The position numbers were made by a program, and so were the translations under genes. From the IMG/VR virus record IMGVR_UViG_3300008954_000005, positions 1 through 64,000 of that record: a stretch of 64,000 nt of DNA; one strand, 5' to 3'. This DNA is from a virus. Positions within the stretch are counted from its first letter, which is position 1; every line of letters begins with the position of its first letter. Positions 29,540 to 39,188 of this stretch are shown here, piece by piece. The notes below the pieces were generated by a model that was not told the origin of the DNA, did no database searches, and worked only from the letters and a program-made list of their open reading frames with translations.

Positions 29540-29899
29540 GTGTATTATCGAGCTAAAGAACTAGCCCGTGAGAATGGGCAGCAATATCACCTTGCTGCAA
29601 TACTGAAGCGTAAAAATAAAACCATCCGTATCGGAACTAATTCCGCTAAAACACACCCCGCGTACGGAAGAAAATACCCAGACGGAACCCACGGCTACAC
29701 AATGCATGCGGAGATGAACGTTCTCCGATTTGCCGAGCCGGGGGATCATATCGAGGTGTTGAGGGTATCAAAGGGAGGGGACCTCACAATGGCTAAGCCT
29801 TGTGTGCACTGCCAGCGTATGATGAGATATGCAAAAATCCGCTCAGTCAGATACACAGGGTCTGACGGGTCATGGGAGACACTCAAACTGTATGGCTAA
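29540..29899 (+). CDS. zinc-dependent cytidine/dCMP deaminase-fold protein
   Basis: MHAEMN...AKPCVHC (HAE / PCxxC). Confidence 0.85.
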   Translation: MYYRAKELARENGQQYHLAAILKRKNKTIRIGTNSAKTHPAYGRKYPDGTHGYTMHAEMNVLRFAEPGDHIEVLRVSKGGDLTMAKPCVHCQRMMRYAKIRSVRYTGSDGSWETLKLYG

Positions 29900-30129
29900 A
29901 TCGGTTATTTCTATAAGATGCACAAAATGCAAAGAACATTATCGTTCAAAACTAAACAGGGGCGTGCCTTTACGAAAATGTCCGGGCTGTGGGCACCACA
30001 ACAAACCTGATGCAAATCGTAACCTGTGCAACATGTAGCCAGACATTCTTGCCTGACACCCCCTATTGCCCGTATTGTTGGGCCGGGGATTATTATTCCT
30101 TAATACCTTATTCAAAGAAGGAGACTCAA

Positions 30130-30714
30130 ATGAGTTTTAACAAAAACTGGGCAGGAGACCTGCCAAAAGAAACCCTACAAAAATTTATAGCGATTGGGGA
30201 CGGTCACACGCTGTTTGACCCCGAAACCTATCTAGAGATCGGCGTCCCTAAAGAGGTCGTTGACCACTACACCCGAACCCATATAAGCCCAAAAAGACCT
30301 CATCCGGAAGCAGTAGACTCACTTAGCGACGCTCTTCGTACTGTGGCCCAAACGTATCTTACCCAGCAAGACGAGCAGGTAGACCCGGATGAACCTTGGT
30401 CTGTCCAAACGTTTATGGGCCACCTTCTAAACGAGGAGGATGACTGGTTCTCTTCTGAATTCGCCAGCCTTCTGTTGGAGAAGATGATTGAGGCTGGTGT
30501 AGATTCTGTCTACGGCTACCACCCAAAAGAGGCTATGTGGGACAACCAAGGAAACGTGATCGAATCCTTGGAAGCTGTTTACGGCCTAGAAATCACAAGA
30601 GGTCTCTGTACAAGCCTGTCTCTAGAGTACGACGGGAAAATTGGTAGGGGATCACAGTATGATGCATACTGCGAGGCCATTCGTGGGTATATCGACGGGA
30701 AGGAGGCATCATAA
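30130..30714 (+). CDS. hypothetical protein
   Basis: AAGGAG RBS. Confidence 0.65.
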   Translation: MSFNKNWAGDLPKETLQKFIAIGDGHTLFDPETYLEIGVPKEVVDHYTRTHISPKRPHPEAVDSLSDALRTVAQTYLTQQDEQVDPDEPWSVQTFMGHLLNEEDDWFSSEFASLLLEKMIEAGVDSVYGYHPKEAMWDNQGNVIESLEAVYGLEITRGLCTSLSLEYDGKIGRGSQYDAYCEAIRGYIDGKEAS

Positions 30715-30758
30715 TATGAATTGCTCTAACCCCAAAAAACCATTAAATTATTCCGAAC

Positions 30759-31049
30759 ATGGAGGTTACCCATATGTGTAAACCAGCTTATGTCGAATTC
30801 CCAGACGCTCAGGTCAAGGGGAGCAGTGTGTGGGTAAACCCCTCACATATTATTGTAATCATCCCCTCGCCCGAGGCGGCTAAAACCCAATGTACCTTAA
30901 TGTTAAGCAGCAATCTTGACTCTGGGATAGAGGTTGAAATGTCTGCCGACGCGGCGGTGGAACACCTAAAAACGTCTATTGAGGCAGCAATGAACTCAGG
31001 GTACTACGTCGCAGTTGATCGTAAGATGTACAATACTGATGCCACGTAG
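30759..31049 (+). CDS. hypothetical protein
   Basis: GGAGG RBS (start may be 30774). Confidence 0.55.
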   Translation: MEVTHMCKPAYVEFPDAQVKGSSVWVNPSHIIVIIPSPEAAKTQCTLMLSSNLDSGIEVEMSADAAVEHLKTSIEAAMNSGYYVAVDRKMYNTDAT

Positions 31050-31107
31050 TAATACTCACTCGGGAAACCCCTGTCTGAGTATGACCGCTGCTTAGAGGAT
31101 TTTCGCT

Positions 31108-31605
31108 ATGCTCATTTGTATCGATCTCAGCGCACTTTACTTTACTATTCGGAAGTTGGGCATCACTGTGAATTATGAGAAGTTGACGGACTGGTTAAGC
31201 TCCGACTGCTTCAAAAACCTTTACCCAGATGATGTACTCGACAAGCCTGTAGAACTACACGCGTTTACAGTGGCAGACCCAAAGAACACTTCCCAAACAA
31301 AGTTTTTGGAGAGGCTAAAAGCTTTGGGCTACACCCTGCACGTATACAACTTCACTACTAAACCCTGCTTCTCAATTGAAATGGCTGTGCTAGCTGCGCT
31401 GTCCGACCACGACAAGCAGGTGTTCATGACAAATGACGATTCTCTGATGAGGTCTTTTAGTCTACTAAGCGGTGCGGGGAAGGACCCAGCACTATGCTTC
31501 TTTAGTGAAGCTCTGCACGGAAATTGGACCCCAAAAATACTATCGAGAGAAGTTAGATTCACCGATCTATCCGATCCGGCAGTAAGGGCCAAAGTATCCT
31601 CCTGA
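31108..31605 (+). CDS. NYN/LabA-like PIN-domain protein (divergent)
   Basis: N-terminal ICIDLSALY...VNYEKL and MTNDDSL resemble NYN motifs. Confidence 0.5.
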   Translation: MLICIDLSALYFTIRKLGITVNYEKLTDWLSSDCFKNLYPDDVLDKPVELHAFTVADPKNTSQTKFLERLKALGYTLHVYNFTTKPCFSIEMAVLAALSDHDKQVFMTNDDSLMRSFSLLSGAGKDPALCFFSEALHGNWTPKILSREVRFTDLSDPAVRAKVSS

Positions 31606-31623
31606 CCTGCTTTTTCTACCTGA

Positions 31624-31700
<77 letters not shown>

Positions 31701-31702
31701 TC

Positions 31703-31969
31703 TTGAAAACCATAATTCATGTAAATCAGCATGTAATAAAAAAGAACCGAAAAGCGGGAAGCGCGGATCCGGTCCTCACAGTAAAGACCTATAAGAGTAA
31801 TACCTACGGGCACGAAGCTGTCTTGTTTGACAAGGAGGGGAATGAAGTAGCTACCGTTATCTACCGACCTGACAAGCCGCTATCCTGCGGCGCACACGTT
31901 TGGATTGAAACCCAGAACCCTGTCGATGTAATTGTTTACGAAGACGGCGAGGAAGTTAGTGATGAATGA
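31703..31969 (+). CDS. conserved phage hypothetical protein
   Basis: IHVNQHVIKKN...YRPDKPLSCGAHVWIET. Confidence 0.7.
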   Translation: MKTIIHVNQHVIKKNRKAGSADPVLTVKTYKSNTYGHEAVLFDKEGNEVATVIYRPDKPLSCGAHVWIETQNPVDVIVYEDGEEVSDE

Positions 31970-32390
31970 CCCTAATAAAACCTCTACCTCTGAACAGGCC
32001 CCTAGGCCACTAACAGTCTACCTTGGAGAAAGTGGGAACGCCCACGACAGCCAGCGAGTAGACATTCTCCCACACGGTATCTCAATTTCCGTATCGGTTG
32101 ACGCAACCGGAGTACGGGTTTGTGATATCTCTGGGGGAGAACAAACAACTATTTGGAGCGTCGACTACGATGACCTACCTGTCCGATGAAGAGCTTTCAG
32201 CTATAGAAGAAGAACTAAAACAGACATCACCCAGCGTTCACTCGTTCACGATGTCCTTAGACCAAGCTACAGCACTAATTGCTGAGCTAATTGCGAATCG
32301 AGGGGTCGCCAAAACTGCGCCCAGGGGCCAGCAAATAGACCTATTCGATACCTCGTATATCTCAGGACGACGATAACCTCAGGAGGTTGG

Positions 32391-32660
32391 ATGATCGACG
32401 CAAAGGAAAAAATTGAACTGGACGTGACGGAAGATACGCCAGAGACCATCATTAAGTTCTTCAAGCATTTACTAGACCTTGGGATCTTCCCACGCGCCTA
32501 CGACCCAAACAGTAAGAAACTCTACGAAGCCGCTAAAGTTATACACAAGCATCTGTGTACGTTAGACACGGGCTACTACTCACCAACACGAGAAGTTAAG
32601 CTAATAGAGTTCGCAAGCGCGTACGCCAAAGTCCATAGTGGGCTTAGGGAACTAGACTAG
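32391..32660 (+). CDS. hypothetical protein
   Basis: AGGAGGT RBS. Confidence 0.6.
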   Translation: MIDAKEKIELDVTEDTPETIIKFFKHLLDLGIFPRAYDPNSKKLYEAAKVIHKHLCTLDTGYYSPTREVKLIEFASAYAKVHSGLRELD

Positions 32661-32758
32661 TCTTGAAAAAATGAAATCAAAATTCTCGTGGCTCCTGGCT
32701 TTAGCCGCTCTTTGTTTGGCAACCGCCCTATGGGTCTTTGTCCAAAAGGAAGAAACCC

Positions 32759-33055
32759 ATGAAACGCAATCTCCCCACGTCCATCCAAGTTGGGGGCCAC
32801 GAGATTAAGATCGAACGACGCGCTGGCCTTATTGATTACTGTGAGGCCTTCGGTTTGTTCGATCCTACAAGCCTGACCATAGCCATAGACGAGAGCCTAA
32901 CAAATACGATGGCGTGGGAAACACTATGGCACGAAGTTGTTGAGGCTATTAACTTTTTCTCGGAAGCCGAGATGGAGCACAAGTCAATTCAAGTATTCGG
33001 CCTCTTGCTACACCAAGTGATAGACTCTATATTTATACGTAGTAAGAAACCCTAA
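32759..33055 (+). CDS. small phage zincin-like metallopeptidase
   Basis: GLFDP...IAID...ETLWHEVVEAI (HExxE variant). Confidence 0.55.
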   Translation: MKRNLPTSIQVGGHEIKIERRAGLIDYCEAFGLFDPTSLTIAIDESLTNTMAWETLWHEVVEAINFFSEAEMEHKSIQVFGLLLHQVIDSIFIRSKKP

Positions 33056-33079
33056 CTTCCGATATTACGAGATAATATA

Positions 33080-33550
33080 ATGCCTATACCGAAAACAAAT
33101 AAGTCAGAAGAGCGGCAACGAAACAGACACCAAGCAGCCAGAGCGCTAGTTGGTGGTGGCATGATCGGAACTGGTGTCGGGGTTGGTACTGGTGTTGGCC
33201 ACTACGAGATAAACAAAGAATACTACAACACACTCACCAAGAAGCTGAAAGAGGGCTTGACTTCGGGAGAGAAGGAAGTAGTAAAGAAGCTAGAGTCCCG
33301 AGGGTGGCTTGGAAGAAGATTTGCCCGAAACATAACCCCAGGAACACTCAAGAAAAAGGTTCCTGCGTGGTCTGCTGTGTCTGGCGAAGTAGCAAAAGGA
33401 TCTAAAAGGCTTGGAAGAGCGGCCGGTATTGGCTCAGGGGCTTTAGCCGCCTTAGCCATACTCACACTAGATAAAATGAGAAGTGCTGAGCCCAAGGGCA
33501 AAAAGGCTTCCGTAGAAAGGGAGTATCTCCTAGCTGTTTTGGGCCATTAA
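33080..33550 (+). CDS. basic Gly/Ala-rich protein, possible virion internal protein
   Basis: composition like the 46.2 kb and 62.8-64 kb head-region proteins. Confidence 0.5.
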   Translation: MPIPKTNKSEERQRNRHQAARALVGGGMIGTGVGVGTGVGHYEINKEYYNTLTKKLKEGLTSGEKEVVKKLESRGWLGRRFARNITPGTLKKKVPAWSAVSGEVAKGSKRLGRAAGIGSGALAALAILTLDKMRSAEPKGKKASVEREYLLAVLGH

Positions 33551-33594
33551 GCCCCCATGCAAAAACGTATATTACGGTGGTATAAGTATTTTGC

Positions 33595-33922
33595 TGAGCG
33601 CTTTTAGTTTTATTTCTTGGGTCCCCGGTGGTGCACTACCGACATACTCTTGTGTAACTCTACTGGCGTGAAGTCACGCTTCTATACCGTGTAGCTGGCA
33701 TCTTTATAGAGATGTGCAGTGAGATAGTGTGGAATGACAGCCCGGAAAAGCCGGTCTCACCGGATGCGCATCTGGTGAGATAGTGGGGATAGGCGCACCC
33801 GAGGGTACCGATTTCTCCCAGCTAGGATAAGCCTTCCGCCGAAACAAGGCCTTTTTTCTTTACAGGTATTGGGCGCGAGGGATAACCTTGCTGCCCTTTA
33901 CTTGTAGAGGAGCTAAGTAAAA
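33595..33922 (+). ncRNA. candidate structured RNA / long 5' leader
   Basis: about 330 nt without ORF downstream of a GGTATAAG motif (33579); many hairpins. Confidence 0.45.
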
Positions 33923-33935
33923 AGAGGAATTTGCC

Positions 33936-34556
33936 GTGAACAAACAAAAACTAGTTCCATTATTTCTAGTGCTATCTGGGTGTCTATACCTTGTGCCCGC
34001 CAATGCTCAAACGTACAGCGGGTCTGGGCGAAGACCACCAAACCAGTTGACTGAAAATCAGTTGACGATGCTAGACCACGTAAATAGACAGATCCCAGCA
34101 ACAGAGGATCGCTTTGAGATACTTGCTATTATCTTGGTCGAGTCCAACCTGAACCATGAAGCGGTCAGTAGGACAGGTGACTACGGTTTGATGCAAGTTA
34201 ATTGTCGAATATGGCGGCAAACCCTTTTAAGAGAATTCGAGATTCACGACTGTGAAGCAGAAATGATGTCGGTCCAAACAAGCCTCATGGCAGGGATCTA
34301 CATCCTAAATCGATTTAAACGTTATAGAAGATGTCGAGGCTCCCGTGTTTACGCCTGTTACAACGGGGGGCAAAACTGGCGCGGCCGAGCAGAGAACTGT
34401 GAAGCTGCTTGCGCTGACGACGCTTGCAAGAGACGCTGTTGGAGACCGATGCGGTATTCAGACAGTGTCCGTCGACACATACGGTTTTTGAGAAGAAACT
34501 ACGCTGACCGTATCCAAAATATTAATACTACAGTAGGTTCTCCGCACCCTGGTTAG
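33936..34556 (+). CDS. secreted lytic transglycosylase (SLT domain)
   Basis: signal peptide; IILVES (catalytic Glu), GDYGLMQVN, CYNGG. Confidence 0.85.
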   Translation: MNKQKLVPLFLVLSGCLYLVPANAQTYSGSGRRPPNQLTENQLTMLDHVNRQIPATEDRFEILAIILVESNLNHEAVSRTGDYGLMQVNCRIWRQTLLREFEIHDCEAEMMSVQTSLMAGIYILNRFKRYRRCRGSRVYACYNGGQNWRGRAENCEAACADDACKRRCWRPMRYSDSVRRHIRFLRRNYADRIQNINTTVGSPHPG

Positions 34557-34567
34557 AAGACATTTTA

Positions 34568-34930
34568 GTGGAGACATGGATGAAGGAAAAAGGAGACACG
34601 GTAGACTTACTGCCGTTTGCTCAGCAAGTTAATGCTTCTCTCCAGAAGCAGAGCAAAGTAAAAAGTACGCTATATGAAAACTGGTTGGTGGACATCTACT
34701 TTGGGCCTAGCCCTACAGCAGATGAAGAACTACCAAGACTAGGTTTTATCGCTTGTGCATCGACACAAGACAAAGAGGCTGGTCCTCTCCCCAACTTGAG
34801 TAACTCAAGTGGGGTGCGAGTAGACTTCGACGAGAAGTCGGTTGTGTGGTGGTCCGGTGACTCACTGGACGATTTAGAATCTAAAATCACAAACGCATTC
34901 CCAGAAATTACCTGGAATAGGGAGGACTAA
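34568..34930 (+). CDS. hypothetical protein
   Basis: TAATG coupling to the Ubl gene. Confidence 0.6.
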   Translation: METWMKEKGDTVDLLPFAQQVNASLQKQSKVKSTLYENWLVDIYFGPSPTADEELPRLGFIACASTQDKEAGPLPNLSNSSGVRVDFDEKSVVWWSGDSLDDLESKITNAFPEITWNRED

Positions 34931-35361
34931 TGTCCACAGAGAATCTTCAAGAACAGCTTGATTCAGCAATCAAGACCAGAGATGAACATGTTCAAAATAT
35001 GGGAGATGAATTCAGCCAAGCCAATATGGATCGGCTGTCTGCACTCCAGAAGGCCGTTGCATCCGCAAAGACTGCCTTGGAAACCGCCGCTGCTGCAGCG
35101 GCTGCTCCTGCGGTAGAGGGAAATACCGACCTTTGTGTCGTATCTCTAATCCGAAGCGGAAAAAGCGACCGGGTCGTCGAGGTTCCTACGGATACCTCGG
35201 TGAGCGACCTTATGAATACTCTTGGTTGGCCAACCAACGACTTCACGTTTAAGCGTCGAGTCGGCCCAGGCCAAACCGTAGAGATTACCAATCTTGCAGC
35301 CACCCTCGGTACAGGTGATCACGAAATCTTCGTATCACCTCGTGTTGCAGGAGGCTTCTAG
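34930..35361 (+). CDS. ubiquitin-like (beta-grasp) protein with N-terminal coiled coil
   Basis: beta-grasp pattern VVSLIR..RVVEVPTDTSVSDLM...EIFVSPRVAGG-F; adjacent E2/JAB/E1. Confidence 0.8.
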   Translation: MSTENLQEQLDSAIKTRDEHVQNMGDEFSQANMDRLSALQKAVASAKTALETAAAAAAAPAVEGNTDLCVVSLIRSGKSDRVVEVPTDTSVSDLMNTLGWPTNDFTFKRRVGPGQTVEITNLAATLGTGDHEIFVSPRVAGGF

Positions 35362-35390
35362 ACTCTAGTCTAACTAGAGATTCCCTCCTT

Positions 35391-35430
35391 GGGGGTGGGG
35401 CTACTTCGGTAGCTTCACCCCCTTTTTATT
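35391..35430 (+). terminator. hairpin with cUUCGg loop and T-tract between Ubl and E2 genes
   Basis: ggggtggggctac ttcg gtagcttcacccc ctttttatt. Confidence 0.8.
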
Positions 35431-35444
35431 TACGGAGAATACCC

Positions 35445-36539
35445 ATGGCTTCAACAAGCAACACACAATGGGAATGGAGAGTTGACGACGACAGCGACAA
35501 TCTCGAATTCCTTCTATCTAAAATTATTGATGACTCCGTAGCCTCCTCCAAAGTCAACACAGTTGAACTGGAAACAGAGCTAGCAAAGCTCACAGCAAAA
35601 CGCACTGCTTGGGAGAGTAAGCTAACGCGGAGAAAGTCTATAGAGCAGTCTGTGCGAGAACGCCTAGAAAAACGACAAGTCGAACTCAGAAAAGCTCAAG
35701 ACGCCTTCCATAAAGCTAGGCAAAAAACTAGAGCAGTAGGCTACAAAGTTTCTCAGGCAGTTGAAGACTCAAGGGCTCTTAGTAATACCCTCGGACAGGA
35801 AAAGCTCTTTCTAGACAACTTCGCTGGTATCTACACAGAGGACGCCTTTAAGAACAGGGCCTTTATGGTGATGTCCCTGCGCGAGCGCATTGACTCATCT
35901 ATTCCCATCTCGTTCTCTCATGATAGAGACCAAAAGAAGATGCGGCTCTCGTGGGTCACTGGAGACATCTACATAAATAACTCCTTAGAGGGCGGTGTCT
36001 GGCCATTTAACTTTGGGCAGTACCGCGTAGAGGTCACCTTCAGCTATATGAACGGACATAGAGACGCCAGAGTGCTTATCCGTGGCCACCGAAGAAATAC
36101 CATTGTTTCAGGTGAGTACTTTCACCCGCATATCCGGAGCGATGGTACGGCCTGTCTAGGCAATGTCGCCAGGATGCTAATTGAGCACATGGCTAACCAA
36201 GACGTGGCCCAAGTCATTTGCACAGTTACGGAATATCTGTGTCACTACAACGAACAAGATCCGTACAGAAAACTGATGTTCTGGGGTGTAGCTAATCCTT
36301 ACGACCTCCCACACATCAACATGTACCAGTCTCACTTAGTGTTTGACTCAGGGCCAAAGAACCCCTGTGGCCTCTCACAATCTGACTGCATGGTTCAGCA
36401 TTTGACAGATAAAGCTGGGGAGTGCTCGTCGAGGAGCCTGCCCGCAGAGGTAGTTGTGACAGCAACATCCGTATATGAAAATCTTCAATCTTTTAGGGAG
36501 CGACTTAATGGCGAAGGTAACGAAGAAACCAACGGTTAG
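35445..36539 (+). CDS. prokaryotic E2-like ubiquitin-conjugating protein with N-terminal coiled coil
   Basis: YFHPHIRSDGTACLGN matches the E2 HPxI..G.xCL signature. Confidence 0.75.
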   Translation: MASTSNTQWEWRVDDDSDNLEFLLSKIIDDSVASSKVNTVELETELAKLTAKRTAWESKLTRRKSIEQSVRERLEKRQVELRKAQDAFHKARQKTRAVGYKVSQAVEDSRALSNTLGQEKLFLDNFAGIYTEDAFKNRAFMVMSLRERIDSSIPISFSHDRDQKKMRLSWVTGDIYINNSLEGGVWPFNFGQYRVEVTFSYMNGHRDARVLIRGHRRNTIVSGEYFHPHIRSDGTACLGNVARMLIEHMANQDVAQVICTVTEYLCHYNEQDPYRKLMFWGVANPYDLPHINMYQSHLVFDSGPKNPCGLSQSDCMVQHLTDKAGECSSRSLPAEVVVTATSVYENLQSFRERLNGEGNEETNG

Positions 36540-37506
36540 GTTCAGTCAAAAAGCCTACCAACAAATGTTTGCGTTAACGAACGCGTGTAAAATCGAAATC
36601 AGTGCTATGGGTATTGTTGCTACTGCCGAACAAAAAGAAGACGCGGGTGTAACTGAAGACTTCTATGTAACTGAGTTCTTTGTCATTGATCAGGAGTGCA
36701 CAGGCACGTCAACTGATCTAGATGATGATGCAATGGTGGACCTTCTTATGAACCTGCGTGATCAGGGAATTAAGTCGGAGCAAATGTGTGTTTGGTGGCA
36801 TAGCCACGTAAACATGGCCACTGCTCACTCAGGAACAGATGAAGCCCAAATCGAAAGATTTGATTTCGACACAGTCTGCATCTCTATTATCACTAATAAG
36901 AAGGGTGAGCTAAATCTGCGCGTGGACATGTTCCAGCCGTTTAGACACACCTTCGAGAAGTGTGATTACGTTCTAGACTTCGTAGATATCCTCCCAGATA
37001 ACTGGGCTGAGGAGATGGTCGCCACTCATGTAAATGAGAAAAAGATCATCCCGCAGAGGCTCAACGTTGTGAAATCACGATCACGCGGAGTTGTCACCGG
37101 ATACGGTGGGAACTGGGGTGGTTGGAGTCGTTGGGAAGATGACGATGACGAGCGTAACGTGCTTGGGGCATCCACCACTAGTGGTCGTGAAATCGTTAAG
37201 TCCTCCGACCTACTGAAAGAAGGCGATGACGATGACCTCCCGGCATTTGACGCCCTCGATCTCCCAAAAGAATTGGGTCATCTACAAGACGCGTGGGATC
37301 TAAATCTGCTCGACACTCAGGACGTAATGGAACTCTTTGCGAGATGGTATGCAAAAGAGTTGAGTACAGAAGAAGTTGTCCAAGAGCTAGAGGAAACCCA
37401 CAACATCCTTGTAAGCGATTTAAAAGCTGGAGACGATGAGGATCCGGCTGATGCTGTCGTGGATACTGAAGTAGATGACCTGTTAACTTTTGGAGGTACT
37501 GCATGA
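36508..37506 (+). CDS. JAB/MPN+ (JAMM) metalloprotease with acidic C-terminal tail
   Basis: E(KIEISA)...WWHSHVNMATAHSGTD = HxHx7Sx2D. Confidence 0.9.
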   Translation: MAKVTKKPTVRFSQKAYQQMFALTNACKIEISAMGIVATAEQKEDAGVTEDFYVTEFFVIDQECTGTSTDLDDDAMVDLLMNLRDQGIKSEQMCVWWHSHVNMATAHSGTDEAQIERFDFDTVCISIITNKKGELNLRVDMFQPFRHTFEKCDYVLDFVDILPDNWAEEMVATHVNEKKIIPQRLNVVKSRSRGVVTGYGGNWGGWSRWEDDDDERNVLGASTTSGREIVKSSDLLKEGDDDDLPAFDALDLPKELGHLQDAWDLNLLDTQDVMELFARWYAKELSTEEVVQELEETHNILVSDLKAGDDEDPADAVVDTEVDDLLTFGGTA

Positions 37507-38165
37507 TTGACACCACGAGGCAGTCTGGAATTATTCCAGACGACCGCCTCTCGGACGTGTCGGTAGCGATCATCGGTGTGGGGGCCATTGGCTCTCACAC
37601 CGTTGAGTCGCTCTCAAAAATGGGAATCCGACATTTTCATATATTTGATGATGACGTTGTAGAAGAACACAACCTAGCCAACCAAGGCTATTTCCTACCC
37701 GAAATCGGGTATAAGAAAGTTGAAGCCTTAGCTAATCGTATTTCGGTTGGAACTGGGGCGGAGGTTGTTGCTGACGCATGTCGAGTAGAAGACAACCACG
37801 ACTTTACGGAACGGTACGTAATCTCTGCTGTAGACAATATGGCCTCTCGAAAAAGCATTTTCGAATCATTCCTCAACAGCACCACATCCCGTTTCTTTTT
37901 GGATGGTCGTATGGCGGCTCGGTTCGGGCAAGTCTACTTCGTAGACAAACTCAAACCAGAAACCATCGAAAAGTATGAAAACAGCCTATTCAGTGATGAG
38001 GAAGCTGTTCCCCTGCCGTGCACGGAGAAGGCCACAATCTTCTGCGCGTATGGGATTGCGTCTTTTATGTCCGCTCTTATCGCAAAGAGCATTATCGAAG
38101 AGCCCATTAAGTTTATGTCTGCGGAACTAGATTTCGCAAACATACTCCTGATGCAAGCTCTTTAA
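37503..38165 (+). CDS. E1-like ThiF-family adenylyltransferase
   Basis: IIGVGAIGS, FDDDVVEEHNLANQ, AVDN, candidate catalytic Cys in PLPCTEK. Confidence 0.92.
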   Translation: MIDTTRQSGIIPDDRLSDVSVAIIGVGAIGSHTVESLSKMGIRHFHIFDDDVVEEHNLANQGYFLPEIGYKKVEALANRISVGTGAEVVADACRVEDNHDFTERYVISAVDNMASRKSIFESFLNSTTSRFFLDGRMAARFGQVYFVDKLKPETIEKYENSLFSDEEAVPLPCTEKATIFCAYGIASFMSALIAKSIIEEPIKFMSAELDFANILLMQAL

Positions 38166-38215
38166 ATCAACCAATCGGGCTACGTCCCGAACTTAGAACC
38201 CTTAAGGAGGGAATT

Positions 38216-38959
38216 ATGGCGAATGACAAGCAGAAAAGTTGGACCACCGGTCTTCCTATGGAGGGCCTCATCAGCCCGTCTCGGGCACCCGATGTGATCA
38301 GCGTGGAATTCAACGGTACTACCACCAAGCTTCTGAAGCAGGTGGTAGCGAAGGATGAGGAGGGCACCGCCGTCTCCATCCGATACGTTGGAACACCTGT
38401 TGGTCCTGACGGGCGGTCCTGCCGCTTCGCAATGTCCATTGAAACAAATGGATTCGTGCGAGGCTCTGCGGCGATGAACTTCATCGCTGCGGGTGGTTGG
38501 GGTCGTGGTACGACTAAGCCCGATGAGGCTACCAAGCGTGAGAGCCGGAACAACTTCGTTCGTGGACTCATCACTAGCGCAATCGTCCATCAGGGTATGG
38601 ACAACAGCGCGGAGATGAAGTCCGTGATCGAACGGGAAACCGGCCTCACGGTTACTGACGGTGAGATGTCCCCAGAGGACAAGAACCTGTACGCTCTGTT
38701 GGGCGTTCGGGCGTACATCGTCACCTTGGCGGAAAGCCGGAACCTCAAGTTCTCGGTGGACCTCAAGAGCTTCATGGGCAAGGTGGTTCAGCCTACCTAT
38801 GCCGCCATCGTTGAGGGGGAGTGGGATGAGGAAAGTGACGAAGTCGCTCTCACCTCTGCTCTGAGCGAGGCTCACGTTCAACTGCTCACTGGTGCAGGCC
38901 TGAAGTTCCGCAAGGTTCGGAGGGCTCGTGGGGTGCAAAGGAAGACTCAGACCTCGTAG
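38216..38959 (+). CDS. hypothetical protein (GC3-rich)
   Basis: CCCTTAAGGAGGGAAT RBS; followed by terminator at 39001-39040. Confidence 0.75.
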   Translation: MANDKQKSWTTGLPMEGLISPSRAPDVISVEFNGTTTKLLKQVVAKDEEGTAVSIRYVGTPVGPDGRSCRFAMSIETNGFVRGSAAMNFIAAGGWGRGTTKPDEATKRESRNNFVRGLITSAIVHQGMDNSAEMKSVIERETGLTVTDGEMSPEDKNLYALLGVRAYIVTLAESRNLKFSVDLKSFMGKVVQPTYAAIVEGEWDEESDEVALTSALSEAHVQLLTGAGLKFRKVRRARGVQRKTQTS

Positions 38960-39074
38960 TCTGATCTCCCAATTGTACGCTTAGCCGTGCGGGCCTTATA
39001 GAGAGAGGGGGGTTTATCCCCCCCTCTTTCTTTTTACCCCAAACCCTATTAAGGTGTAATACCGATTGATAGAA

Positions 39075-39188
39075 TGACAGAGAATACCCTGTCACTGACA
39101 AACAATAGACTGTCAGTAAAACACTAGGTTTATCCGCTAGTTACGTATTTTTTAGGGTATAAGTACCCTGACAGACAATTACTTGTCA
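39075..39188. promoter_or_regulatory. three TGACA-N10-TGTCA palindromic sites plus GGTATAAG promoter motif (39156)
   Basis: sites at 39075-39094, 39096-39115 and 39169-39188. Confidence 0.8.

Noticed and set aside
37503-38165. ThiF/MoeB as a thiamine or molybdopterin biosynthesis gene
   Set aside because: No thiG/thiS/moa genes are nearby, it lacks the CxxC zinc pairs of canonical ThiF/MoeB, and its neighbours are E2, JAB and Ubl.
38180-38938. Long antisense ORFs (also 3331-3861, 40865-41515, 48636-49166, 51437-51964)
   Set aside because: They are shadows of GC3-rich genes on the opposite strand, with no RBS or recognisable motifs.
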